A stretch of DNA of 64,000 bases from positions 12,214,001 to 12,278,000 of the forward strand of contig NC_043013.1 of assembly GCF_006345805.1 (NCBI RefSeq), read 5' to 3'. Shown piece by piece: positions 51,735-64,000 of the stretch. The translations under genes and the position numbers were made by a program. The DNA is from Octopus sinensis (Eukaryota). Below the pieces are notes generated by a model. That model searched no databases, was not told the origin of the DNA, and saw only the letters and a program-made list of their open reading frames with translations. Numbering within the stretch: the first letter of the stretch is position 1; the number at the start of each line of letters is the position of its first letter.

Positions 51735-52618
51735 TATATGCTTTTATGTGATATTTAGGAGATCTACTTGTCTAGCGACTGACATGTTGTGAGACCGCGT
51801 GTTGAAAATGGATTAAATATAAGCGTGGAAGAGCTATTTAATACCACACAAATCTATTAAATTCACTTCAAATTGCTGTCCAGCCAGATCCCATTTGTGC
51901 GAGGAAAAATTTAAAACCTCATCAAATAAATTTAAAGTATATTTAATACCCTTTATGTGATAGCTTAATATTCCGTTCTCATACGAAGTGCGTAGGATGT
52001 CTGAGAAGTTAAAACGTCGAGCAAAATGCTCTGCGATATTTGTTCCCTCTCTTGAAATTCTCTGTTCCAATCGCACAAAAGTCAGTTCTTCTGGGACAGT
52101 ATTTTATAGCCGGATGCCCTTCATGTCGCCAACCTCTTTCAGTCACCTCTTACGACAGGCCTGGATATGTCATGCTGATTTTAAAACTGTTATACACACA
52201 GTAACTCGTCGCCCGTAGCACTAAGAAGCTCGCTTCTCTCCCACGTAGTTCTATGTCCCGAGCCACAGTGCTGTAGTGTTGTTGTTTGTCAGCCCAAGGT
52301 CAATTCGGATAAAGCAATGCTACGATCAAAAGTATTTAAACCGTGACCTTCTCGTCTTTTCACAATGTGCAAGAAATCTAAGATCAGATCTTCCAACGTC
52401 ATTTGTTTTTAAGAAAGCTAGTATAAAACATGAGGGAGATTTGGCTGTTATTTCTATTATGATAGCGTTTATGTATAGTTCCCATCAATGATTCATCATA
52501 ACAGAACTAGATTGGCTCGGTGACACAATTCGCCGCCTAACTTACAGTTTTATATTATTGAATTCCGTGTCCAGCATTTAAAAGCTTCCGGTTGGACATT
52601 ATGGATCTCATTACTAAG

Positions 52619-52814
52619 GTACAAGGCTTGAAATTTGGGGAAGTGAGCTTGTCGATTACGTCAGCTCCATTATTTGACTGGTACATTTTTGTATCGACTC
52701 TAAAAAAGGATAAAAGGCAAAAATTCTACCCCGTCGAAATTTGAACTTATTATTTAAAGAACAGGAAGACATACTGTAAAGCATTTTGTCCGACGCGTTA
52801 TCGATTCTGCCATC
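52619..52814 (-). mobile_element. Old SINE B2
   Basis: Colinear and diverged. Confidence 0.7.
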
Positions 52815-52928
52815 GAGTAGCGCTCGAAGACATCACCTAAATGCATCTTTAGTTAAGTCGTGTTTTAACGTAATGACATGCCAAGGGAGGAAATAAAATG
52901 CTAGGCAGCACTTAAGGGAGTCTCTCTC

Positions 52929-52959
<31 letters not shown>

Positions 52960-53140
52960 CTCCATTCTGCTTCTCTATTCTGTTTCTCCCCCTCTCTCTG
53001 TCTCTCTTCCATTCTGTTCCTCCCCCTCTCTCTGTCTCTTCTCCATTCTGTTCCTCCCCCTCTCTCTGTCTCTTCTCCATTCTGTTCCTCCCCCTCTCTC
53101 TACCTCTCCTCCATTTTGTTCCTCCCCCTCTCTCCCTCTC
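52960..53140. repeat. 34-bp pyrimidine minisatellite, about 5 units
   Basis: Unit CCATTCTGTTCCTCCCCCTCTCTCTGTCTCTTCT. Confidence 0.9.
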
Positions 53141-53620
53141 TGTTTATTACTCTATAAAACACAGCCTTTAATTTTCATTGTCCTTTAACAATATACCACA
53201 CACCAAAATTAAACGGTTTCAGTGCAAAAATCAAAAATCAAAAACAAAAAGGATAGGTAGGGGAGACACTAAAGAGCATGAATACAAATTACTTCTCCAC
53301 CTAAAAAAAAGTAATAATTAAAAAAAAATAACCATATAAGCCCCAAACTATAATAACAATTTAAATATCATCATTTATAAGTTTAGTGGTTTGTGTGAAT
53401 GAGAAACCTCTCCCGCCGAGCTGCTTGTCTATCAAAAGGGACAGGATAGCAATTTTAGAGTCTGAGGGAGAGAAAGGAGAGAGAATGGAGAGAGAATATA
53501 AGAAAAAAGAAGGGAGTGGGAGATTTTTCTTTTTAGACAAAATAAAATTCTTTCTGTTGTGAGCTCCTGGCAGTTAACTTACATCAGGGGAGATAATTCT
53601 TTTCTATGCTGCTTTCAAAT

Positions 53621-53809
53621 TTTGGTACAAGACTTGTAAGTTCGAGGATGGAGGTTAAGTCGTTAACATCGATCTCATTGTTCAACTGATACTTATTTTT
53701 TCGACCCTGGAAGGATGAAAGGCAAAGTTGAACTCAGAACGTAATGACGGACGAGATGAGGTTGAGCATTTTACCCGACGTGCTAATCTTTCTGCCAGCT
53801 CACCGCCCT
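53621..53809 (-). mobile_element. SINE B2
   Basis: Head TTCTGCCAGCTCACCGCC and body GGATGAAAGGCAAAGT. Confidence 0.8.
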
Positions 53810-54089
53810 CAGTTTTTTTTCTATATTCAGTTGGGTTGTAACATATTTGAGAGTCTGAAATTTATTACAAATTGAAACAAAGATGCACAAAATATATTTA
53901 ATTATCCTTTATTTTAGTTCATAGAGTATAGTTTAAGATGGTTACTCATACGTAAGTTCAAATTCTCGGCTTCAAGAACATCATCTTGAAGTGTGTGTGT
54001 GTGTGTGTGTGTGAGCGTGTGTGTGTGTGAGCGTGTGTGTGTGTGTGTGTGCGTGTATGTATGTGTGTATGTGTATCATGTATGTATAT

Positions 54090-54231
54090 ACGACGGACGT
54101 CTTTCAGTTTCCGTCTACCAAAGCTACTCACAAGTCTTTGGTCTGCCCGAGGCTATAGTGGAAGACACTTGTTGAAGGTGCCCCTCAGTGAGACTGAACT
54201 CAGATCCCTGTGTTTGGGATGCAAAGTTCTT
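54090..54231 (-). mobile_element. SINE A fragment
   Basis: CORE-like segment. Confidence 0.75.
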
Positions 54232-54850
54232 TAAATATTTGTAAAGCTTTTCCTGCTTGGGTTTGTTTACTCATTTGTTTTAAGAGTTCCTTTAGACCAT
54301 TTTGCTTTAATTTAACACGGGGCTAACGTTAGGTAGACAGCTAGGAATAAATAGACAGCAGATCACTCATTGCACCAAATGCACGCATTAAACTGTCCAC
54401 CCACTTTTGCTAAGGCTAAGAACCACCTCTGCCTACAAATACACATATACACGAGCACATCTGAAAGTAAAATGTCACATACATTCCAACAGGCACTGAA
54501 TATTCCTCTCCCGTCTTCTACTCACACAGAAACAAGCGTGAACGTGAACGGTAACACATCTTGATACACTAGTGGTACTATAGTTGTCACGTACCTTGTC
54601 AGCATTTTAAGCATTCAATTTTTGTTTTGTGCCGAGCACTAAACATTGCACAGTCAGGTGCAGAAACTTCATACTTTCATAATGCGGCACCTCAGCACAA
54701 TCACAAGCATTCCTGGCGGGAATCGGTTCTTGACAGAGAGAAGTTTTAATTTGAGCAAAATTGCCAGGTACAAAAACACCCCCTTATCAAGAAAATATTA
54801 CGATACGTGGGACACATCTAACTGAAATTATCTCAAAATTAGACTTGACA

Positions 54851-55072
54851 AAGGCAGTGAGTTGCCAGAATCATTAGCACGCATGACAAAATGCTTAGTG
54901 GTATTTCGTCCACCTTTACGTTCTGAATTCAAATTCCGCCAAGATCGACTTTACCTTTCATCCTTTGGGGATCGATGAAATAGGTACCAGTTGAGTACTG
55001 GTGTCAATGCAATCGACTTGCTCCCCTCCCGACAAATTCCAGGCCTTGTGTCTATAGTAGAAAGGAATATTA
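54851..55072 (+). mobile_element. SINE B2, full length
   Basis: Head, body and tail AGGCCTTGTGTCTATAGTAGAAAGG. Confidence 0.88.
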
Positions 55073-55429
55073 GACTGGACGTCTTCTCAGTAGTAGAGTA
55101 TCCATACTTTATCTACTGAGAAACCTAATCTGACTATGCTGGGATTTTGGCACGTGAGAGACAAACCGGTCTTTGATGTAATGTAAAGACAGTAAGATCC
55201 TTGTGGTTTCATACGCCATCATCTTCTTACCACATAGACACGCATGCAGTACGATTATAATTCACATGAGTACAGTTAAAATTAACCGGACTACCGGAAT
55301 TTTGGAATCTCTATGTCCAGAGCGTCTATGGATCAGCGTGCCTTTTGTCAACAGCAATGAATTTAACTGCTTCAAACTTTGGCACGGGAAGAACATTTTA
55401 GTGAGAAGGATGTTAGTTGATTATATTGG

Positions 55430-55812
55430 GGAAGCACTCCGTCGGTTACGACGATGAGGGTTCCGGTTGATCCGAATCAACAGAACAGCCTGCTCGTGAA
55501 ATTAACGTGTAAGTGGCTGAGCACTCCACAGACACGTGTACCCTTAACGTAGTTCTCGGGGATATTCAGCGTGACACAGAGAGTGACAAGGCCGGCCCTT
55601 TGAAATACAGGTACAACAGAAACAGGAAGTAAGAGTGAGAGAAAGTTGTGGTGAAAGAGTACAGCAGGGATCACCACCATCCCCTGCCGGAGCCTCGTGG
55701 AGCTTTAGGTGTTTTTGCTCAATAAACACTCACAACGCCCGGTCTGGGAATCGAAACCGCGATCCTATGACCGCGAGTCCGCTGCCCTAACCACTGGGCC
55801 ATTGCGCCTCCA
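55430..55812 (-). mobile_element. SINE C2 with 13-bp TSD, nested in an older SINE B
   Basis: AGTTGATTATATT at 55415-55427 and 55816-55828; the flanks join into a decayed SINE B (~55375-56000). Confidence 0.93.
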
Positions 55813-56760
55813 CTCAGTTGATTATATTAAGCCTAGTACTTGACTGGTACTTGATTTTATCGAATCCAGAGAAGTGAAACACAAAGTTGATTATCTTCTG
55901 AGCTATTTATCTTCTGGTCTCAGGAGGTAAAGAGCTGGTACAAATGCCCTTAAGCATTTTTTTTTTCGACGCATTAACGTTTCTACTAGCTCGCTGCCTT
56001 AAACAACTACGAAAATGCAACATAGAGGTTTATCAAGCAGATTTTGTAATGTTGATCTATGTTCTACAATTTGGAGGCTAATGAGGGTCCCTCTATGGGG
56101 AAATTTGACCTTGCAGTAATAGCAGTCACATCTTACTCATGTCATATCCCAGCAGATTAAAAATAAAAATAAAAGGGGGGAGGATACGTTAAATATTGTA
56201 ATTCTAAATACTAATAAATAAACAACGAGGTCAAGGTTGGAACGCTTTTGATCTGCTTGATCAGAGCTGCATGTGGTTAAAACAAGACAAAAATAATATA
56301 AACTATCCACCACTATAACAAACAACATCAGCAACAATAACAATATACAGCACCGCTACAATGTTCAAGGTTGAACTCGCACTAAACATGTTTCCACAAG
56401 GAATTACAATTTGGCTTTATATTCCTCCATCGTAGAGCTATTTCGTATGACGCATAGTAATTGCAGCAATAATTCACAGGGAGAAAGAAAACAACACACA
56501 CATCCACACACATATCCTATATTTAGACCTTTGCATACGTTTATATACATATAATCATACATACAACATCTATATATATCTTACTCAAACAAACAAACAA
56601 ATACAGAAACCAACAGATTTATTATTTATCTATCTAACCCTCAATTTCTCTCTCTCTCTCTCTCTCTCTGTATGTGTTTGCGTGTGTGTGTGTTAAATAA
56701 AATGAGACACTAAAGCCAAGGCTGTGTGGAATTTTCAGGACATTTATTTTCAGGACAATT

Positions 56761-56954
56761 TCACAACGCCCAGTCTGGGAATCGAAACCGCGATCCTATG
56801 ACCGCGAGTCCGCTGCCCTAACCACTGGGCCATTGCGCCTCCACTCAGTTGATTATATTAAGCCTAGTACTTGACTGGTACTTGATTTTATCGAATCCAG
56901 AGAAGTGAAACACAAAGTTGATTATCTTCTGAGCTATTTATCTTCTGGTCTCAG
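56761..56954. repeat. Near-identical copy of 55730-55923
   Basis: 194 bp; one mismatch seen by eye. Confidence 0.95.
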
Positions 56955-56992
56955 ATTTATTATTTATCTATTATTTATCTATCTAACCCTCA

Positions 56993-57080
<88 letters not shown>

Positions 57081-57096
57081 GAGTTTGTGTGTGTGT

Positions 57097-57373
57097 GTTA
57101 AATAAAATGAGACACTAAAGCCAAGACTGTGTGGAATTTATGAAGAGAAAGTTAGTCTTGCAGCTGTTTCTGGGATATTAAGGATATCCCTTCATCAGAG
57201 ACGATGTGAGATGGTTAACTACAGGGAAATATCAGAGTTCAATATGAGGAGTTGTTTTGGAAAAGGAAGCAAAATAAAGAAGCAAAATAGCTGTAAGACT
57301 GTAAACCTTTCTCTTTATTAATGTCCAGAAAATTCCGCACAGCCTTGGCTTTGTTGTCTCATTTTATTTAACA
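57097..57373. mobile_element. Penelope-like terminal sequence (family P3) in inverted arrangement
   Basis: 57097-57170 and 57284-57373 are imperfect inverted repeats; a third partial copy lies at 56692-56745; contains a hammerhead. Confidence 0.7.
57155..57202 (-). ncRNA. Minimal type I hammerhead ribozyme
   Basis: GUCU-CUGAUGA-A-GGGAUAU-CCUUA-AUAUCCC-A-GAAA-CAGCUG-CA^AGAC: canonical core, 7-bp stem II, palindromic stem III. Confidence 0.75.
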
Positions 57374-57502
57374 TATACATGCTCATACAAGACCCGCATT
57401 AGATTCCTCAAAGTATTTCTATCGAACCGAGAGTTTAACTACGGTCTTTCCATAGCACTTACATGGCGTTACTTGCCTCCTTTGGTCTTCTGGATACTAA
57501 TA

Positions 57503-57546
<44 letters not shown>

Positions 57547-57624
57547 ATATATATATATATAGTGTGTGTGTGTGTGAAATACAATATTGATAAGGAGAAC
57601 GAAGAATTTGAACATTCAGATTTT

Positions 57625-57722
57625 ATGTTTAATTATAGTTGGTTTATTCATTATAATTGTCCACTAATTGTCCGTCTAAAAATTGGATAATTATTATCAA
57701 TAAACCAACTATAATTAAACAT
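57625..57722. other. 98-nt hairpin with perfect 24-bp outer arms
   Basis: ATGTTTAATTATAGTTGGTTTATT (57625-57648) and its exact reverse complement (57699-57722), plus an imperfect inner stem. Confidence 0.9.
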
Positions 57723-57857
57723 GACTAAGTAGCCGCTAAAAGTCTGTAACATCGGATGGGAGTGAAAAGACATCTACCATAAAACGCACTATTTCTATGT
57801 GTATATATATGTGTGTGTGTGTGTGCATATATATATATATATGTGTGTATGTATATA

Positions 57858-57894
<37 letters not shown>

Positions 57895-58005
57895 TTAAAA
57901 TAATAAGGGTGAAAATTGAATATTAATTTAATTAATATCAATTTAAAAGCAGTAGTCTAGCATATTAAAATCTCAAGCTTCAGAAACGTATATTAGTCAC
58001 ACACA

Positions 58006-58076
<71 letters not shown>

Positions 58077-58529
58077 ATATATATATAGATATGACTTTAT
58101 CGAGCACATTTAAAGTTTTAGCTTTCGATTTCTTACAACAGAAGGAATACACATACATACATACACGGTTACACCCACGCGCGCATGTTCGTACGTGCAT
58201 GGTGTGCACGCGTGCCAGTTAGAGCCAAATAGGAGGAGATAGGAAGGAAATAGTTAAACAAACGATACGGATATGTTTATACGTAAAGTGATGGTACATG
58301 CAATGTAACGATTGTTATACGATTTTAAACCCTCCAATCTGTTATATGCTCACATCACAGCGTTGAGTATGAATTTACAACGGTTTTATTTCTATCATAT
58401 AAACAAATGTCTGTCTATCTTTCACCACACCTTCCTACATGCGCGCACATGAATAGAGCAATAAACGCAAAAGAAAAAAAAGAAAATTAAATGGATCTCC
58501 GTTGGTCTCCACGATGATTATACATTCTT

Positions 58530-58910
58530 TATTCTTCTATTCTTTTACTTGTTTCAGTCATTTGACTGCGGCCATGCTGGAGAACCGCCTTTAGTCGACC
58601 AAATCGACCCCTGACTTTTACTTTGTAAGCCTAGTACTTATGCTATCGGTCTGATTTGCCGAACTGCTAAGTTACGGGGACGTAAACACACCAGCATCGA
58701 TTGTCAAGCGATGTTGGGGGCACAAATACAGACACACACATATACATACGATACGATAGGCTTCTTTCAGTTTCCGTCTACCAAATCCACTCACAAGGCT
58801 CTGGTCGGCCCGAGGCTATAGTAGAAGACACTTGCCCAAGGTGCCACGCAGTGGGACTGAACCCGGAACCATGTGGCTGGTAAGCAAGCAACTTACCACA
58901 CAGCCACTCT
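58530..58910 (-). mobile_element. SINE A, full length
   Basis: Colinear with 15447-15862. Confidence 0.93.
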
Positions 58911-59892
58911 ATGATTTTATATTTAAAAGCTTAGTACTTATCGTATCGGTCTTTTTTGCTGAACAGCTAAGTTACGAGGGATGTAAACATACCAACAGCG
59001 GTTGACAAACAGTGGTGGGGTTCAGACAAAGATACACACGCAATACCCACCCCCACAGTATCCAGACCAGATCCAAAACCTGGAGTTTTTCAAGCGGCCC
59101 ACCTCAAATAGATAAATAAATAAATAAATAGAATGAGACATGAAGGATGCACGAGGGTCGCGTTTGAGAATCGCTACGATAGTTGGTTGCCCAACTAGTT
59201 AGATATAGCGGCCAGATGAGCCTAGAATCACATTCCACCGTCAAACAAAATGAGGAAGGACTTCTTCGTTAATGCAATCCTAACTACATACACCCTGTAT
59301 GTAAATAAGGCCACATCTCGAACACATTTGATCATACGGTCCGCTGGATCAGAACTGAGCTGAAGGCTATGCAACAACAATTGGATATACACACCGACAT
59401 ACACTCCTAGACACACATCCATATGCACATACACACACACACATACACACACACACATACACACACATCGACATACACACATTCATTCATACACATTAAC
59501 ATAGGCTCAGTGAAAGACATTTTCATACGCATATCAGAAAACATACGCAAACATACAGACACAATTCCACATACGCACAGGCGTACATAAATGCACACGT
59601 ATACACATACGTACGGGTAGTTGAGCACATGCAGGCATACACATGTACACATGCGCATGTCCCGCACTACGGATGGAACAAAGAAGAGACAATCAGTTAT
59701 GGATCAATAGAAAATGAACGAATTTGTCACCTCCGCCATCTTTGTGACATTTCACTTCTTATCGTCATCATCGTGATCGTCGTCGTCGCCTTCGTCGTCA
59801 ACATCATCATCATCGCAATAAGTTACAGCTGCCGCTGCCACACCCGTCTTAGATCCCTGTCTTCCTAAACACCACCAGGATCAATCACAAAC

Positions 59893-59926
<34 letters not shown>

Positions 59927-60859
59927 ACACCACCACTACCATCACCACCACCATTACTTTCTTTATTACCACCTCCCCTACCACTGTATCACCTCCATCA
60001 TTTATTAACATCATCACCAACACCTTCAGCAATAATAACATCGCCACGAATCAACGAAGAATCCCACGACGTGATCGATCCATCGACCTACTTATAAGTA
60101 ACAGCCAAATATACCTCAGTTCTCACATGCCATATATACGATAATATTAGTATTAGGTTTCCTTGTACAGGATAGTCGCGGCTGGAATACCTTTCATCAT
60201 AGCCCTTCTTTCTGTGTACGGACTGACGAAGGGTTAAACAATAACACTCCTCCATAACCATCATCATCATCATCTTTGTAACTGAAATTTCGTTTAATAT
60301 TTTTCATTCATTCTTTCTTTCTCTTTGACATTTCTTTCATTCGTTCCCTCTTACCTTATTCCTTTCCTTTGTCTTTCTCTCGTTTTTCTTTCTCACACTC
60401 TTAATCTTTCGTTCCTTTTTTCTTTCTTTTCTCTTTCTTTCGTTTTACCTTATTTTCTTTTACTTATTTTCTAATTCCTATTTTTCTCTTCTTTCTTTCT
60501 TTCTTTCTTACTTTTCCTCTAGCTTTTTTTTCCTTTAATTCTCTTCCTCCTTCCCTCCTTCACTCTACCCACCCACACCCGCACACCACACGCTAACGAA
60601 GAATCACGGTGTTGACAGACAAGCATGTCTTTCTTGTAATCTTGTCTTTTCCCTTCATGTTTTGCGTTCAACTTTCACCTGATCCATGCAGGGTCCAGAG
60701 GTCACCATGGGACTCCACCACAACCTGTTCTTCTTCCTTCCTTTCTTTGTTTCTTTCTTTCATTCATTCTTTCTTTCTTTCTTTCTTTCTTCACATCAAT
60801 TCCACTTCAGTTAACGTTCACAACCGTTTCATCACATATATTGCCAATAAGTCAACTTA

Positions 60860-60871
60860 ACTCTCTCTCTC

Positions 60872-60902
<31 letters not shown>

Positions 60903-60966
60903 CCTCCCTCTCCCTTCCTCTTTCTATCTATCTATCTATCTGTCTGTCTATCTATCTCTCTATCTC

Positions 60967-61029
<63 letters not shown>

Positions 61030-61052
61030 GTCTATCTATCTATCTTTCTATA

Positions 61053-61109
<57 letters not shown>

Positions 61110-61160
61110 GCCTATCTGTCTGTCTTCTATCTATCTATCTATCTATTTAATATATTGTGA
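60860..61160. repeat. (CT)n and (TCTA)n microsatellite
   Basis: Read directly. Confidence 0.95.
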
Positions 61161-61676
61161 TTTTCTCTTTTTGTGTTTCTGTTTTGTCTATATCCAGTTC
61201 CATCAATATTGTTTGCTATCCTCTTCTTTGCTTCACCCTCTCCCTCTCAGCTTCCCTCCCCCTCACTCTCTCTACCCTTTTCTGCCTCTCTCTCTCTTTT
61301 TCTAGGCTTTTACTTTAACCAGATTCTTGCTATTCTCTACTGACATATCTCACGATACGGAGACATCAAAGAGATGTTTTTTTTGTCTTGTTTTTTATTT
61401 TTCCTTCGTGATGAAATGCTGACGTATTGTTGTTCTTCTTGTTGCTGTTGTGGCAATAATTTCCATGGAATTTCATAGGGGTGACATGAAATATGGGGTT
61501 CATACGGTCTTAAAATATGCGGTTCATCACACTATCTTAAAACATCCTCGTATCTTTTATAACGTGGTCGTCATCATCATCATCAGTAGCAGTAGCAGCA
61601 TCCTCATCAGTATTAGCATTATCAGCATCCTCATTATTATGGTTGTTGTTGTCGTTGTTGTTGTTGTTGTTATAAC

Positions 61677-61864
61677 GGCGAGCTGGAACAATAGTTAACA
61701 CACCGGACAAAATGCCTAGTAGCGTTTCATCCGATTTTACATTGTGAGTTCAAACTTCGACGAAGTCAACTTTCTCTTTCATCTTTCGGGGTCGATAAAA
61801 TAAATATCAGGCAAGTATTTAAATTTTAAATTTCAGGCCTTGTGCCTCCAGCAGAAAGGACTAT
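61677..61864 (+). mobile_element. SINE B2 running into (ATT)n
   Basis: GGCGAGCTGG head, CTTTCATCTTTCGGGGTCGATAAAA, tail CAGGCCTTGTGCCTCCAGCAGAAAGG. Confidence 0.8.
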
Positions 61865-61869
61865 TATAA

Positions 61870-61918
<49 letters not shown>

Positions 61919-61919
<1 letters not shown>

Positions 61920-62715
61920 GCACATCGTATACAATATTGACAAAAGAACAGCGGTTTCCAAATGGTATTGATATGATCCTAAAGATACAGGATCACCTCT
62001 AAGACCAATCTTGGAACCGGACCTTGCAAGATCTTCCTGAACACGAAGAGCAAGTTCTTGTTCTTTGACTTATAGGTCTATACGTAGAATGGTGCTATTC
62101 ACTTTCACCCACCTTTCATTCGAGAACAGCACTGCTCTTTCTACCCTTTACAAATGAAACTTGAAAACTCGATGAGAGCTCTAGTAAAGAGAAATGTTTC
62201 TGCCCTCATAGATTTCAACCTCGTCCACCAGAAAAACTTCTTTCACCATAGACACCAGACAGCGGAGAACTGCCTTATCTGCGCGATTAAAGAAAGGCAG
62301 TGAGGCCATCATCTCTATGAACTCCGCCGGTATATGGATACTTCCCACACGCGGCAGGAGCTGTTCGATTTCACCCCGCACGTCAGCGAGACTCGAGCAT
62401 AGAACGAATACGAGGAAACTAGCATCATCTCTACGCTCTGTATGCATCTTGTACAAGCCCGTTTTACAGCACATCTCTACCCATAAAGGTTATCTCGAAT
62501 CGGTAGTGCCCCATAAGCACGCCATGACTTCGGGAAATTTTCCGTCGTTGGCATCGATCGGAAAGTCTTCCAGAACAGTGTAACAAGTTCGTTTTCGCCG
62601 ACGTCCGGTCTCTCACCATGAATCGTCGCTAATCTTCCATACATGTCTAGAATAGAACAACTAACGATTTCATTTCCCAACAGGTAAACGGTGGTGAACG
62701 TCTGATGGTATTCTA
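61919..62715 (-). mobile_element. L1/Tx1-like LINE, ORF2 C-terminal relic plus 3' UTR
   Basis: ALPIRDNLYG*RCAVKRACTRC (zf-RVT-like knuckle), EQLLPRVG, KAVLRCLVSMVKEV, FKFHL, ERWVKV; stops and frameshifts. Confidence 0.8.
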
Positions 62716-63249
62716 GGTTCTAGGCTGCAAAAAATCACAGTTTTTTTTTAAACCTACGATTACAGCTCCGTCAAGAGACGAGCTGCACACACATTCGACA
62801 TCTACGAATCGTTGCAATTATTCCATCGCAATTTGAATAATCCAGGCATCTCAGCAGTGTCCAACTGTCCTTTCTTTGGACTAAATAATAACAAACAAAA
62901 CAAAGCGTATACATACATACATACATACATACATACATACATACATACATACATACATACATACATACATACATACATACATACATACATACGTACGTAC
63001 AGACAAACACAAAGATACATTGCTCGGTGGTAGAAAAACACACAGAACTGAAAGAGACAGGTAAGTAAGGAGGCGCAAAATATGTTGAAATAATTGGAAT
63101 AATGATAAAAATGAAAATAAGGCATTAAAACAGAATGACTCTACCCAGTCACAACCAAAATATGCTTCAACACACGAGTTCACGTAAAGAATCTTGCCAA
63201 CCAAATACAAAACCGAAGTACACACACACATACACACACACAGACACAC

Positions 63250-63302
<53 letters not shown>

Positions 63303-63393
63303 GTATGTATATATATGCCCAAACGCACACACAAATATGTGTGTATGTACGTATGAATGTATAAATATATAAGTATACGCATGCGTGTGTATG

Positions 63394-63425
<32 letters not shown>

Positions 63426-64000
63426 TGTATGTATATTATACTCACGCTCGCACGCACACACACACACGCACACACACACACACACACGCGCGTACATATA
63501 ACGTTGGGAAACAGCGGAAGAGGGAAAGGTGGAGGCGGAGACAGTCGGAAATAACTTGAGAAAAACGAAACAAACATTTGCAAGTTGAAAAATGAAGAAT
63601 GAAGTAGATGAGTGAAGTAGATAGATGAGGCCTGGAACAACAACAACAACCACAGCTACAATAATAATAATAATAACAACAACAACAACAACAGTATCCA
63701 CGGCAACAAATCACTTTTGAAAATCTGAGCAAAATAACTGTCCATCGTCGTCCATGTCTTTAGAAGTTTGCCGCTAATTGGTGGAGGCGGCGGAAGAATA
63801 AAGGAAATGCTAACCAGGGATGGAGATAAGAGAGCGGCGAAAGAACAGATAGAGGTGAGGGATGAGGAGGGTGATGAAGATAGAGTAGAGTGATGGAGCA
63901 AGAGGAGAAGGGACGGCAAACATGTATGTGTGTATGTGTGTATGTGTCCGTTTGTATGTGTGTATGTATGTTAAAATGTTTGCTAGAGTGTACAATGAGA

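Noticed and set aside
52960-53140. 34-bp repeats as a CRISPR-like array
   Set aside because: No spacers; a simple pyrimidine minisatellite in eukaryotic DNA.
60680-60830. Acceptor plus CACCATGG Kozak context
   Set aside because: Runs into a TTTC repeat with no donor.
62181-62474. 97-aa ORF as a host cyclic-nucleotide-binding exon
   Set aside because: Upstream zf-RVT-like cysteines, stops and frameshifts fit a LINE ORF2 relic better.

Overview
Eukaryotic, AT-rich, repeat-dominated DNA with one 100-N assembly gap (25590-25689). The microsatellite load and the tRNA-headed SINE families resemble octopus (coleoid cephalopod) genomic DNA; this is recognised from memory and not database-checked. 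No long intact gene, rRNA, tRNA gene or CRISPR array is visible, and most listed ORFs are microsatellite artefacts. Supported content: about 30 copies or fragments of four tRNA-headed SINE families (my labels A-D) and a (CAA)n-tailed dispersed repeat (E); three mariner relics; CR1/L2, L1/Tx1-like, RTE-like, restriction-endonuclease-type and Penelope-like retroelement relics; Tigger-, hAT- and piggyBac-like MITEs. Best leads: (1) minimal hammerhead ribozymes in Penelope-like terminal repeats; (2) a SINE whose 3' tail is shared with a probable Tx1-like LINE 3' end and which recurs as head-to-tail dimers with the same junction; (3) a hand-assembled, speculative five-exon minus-strand model encoding an 89-aa prohormone-like protein; (4) several unexplained hairpins and a recent complex local duplication. 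Repeat boundaries were read by eye and may be off by a few bases.
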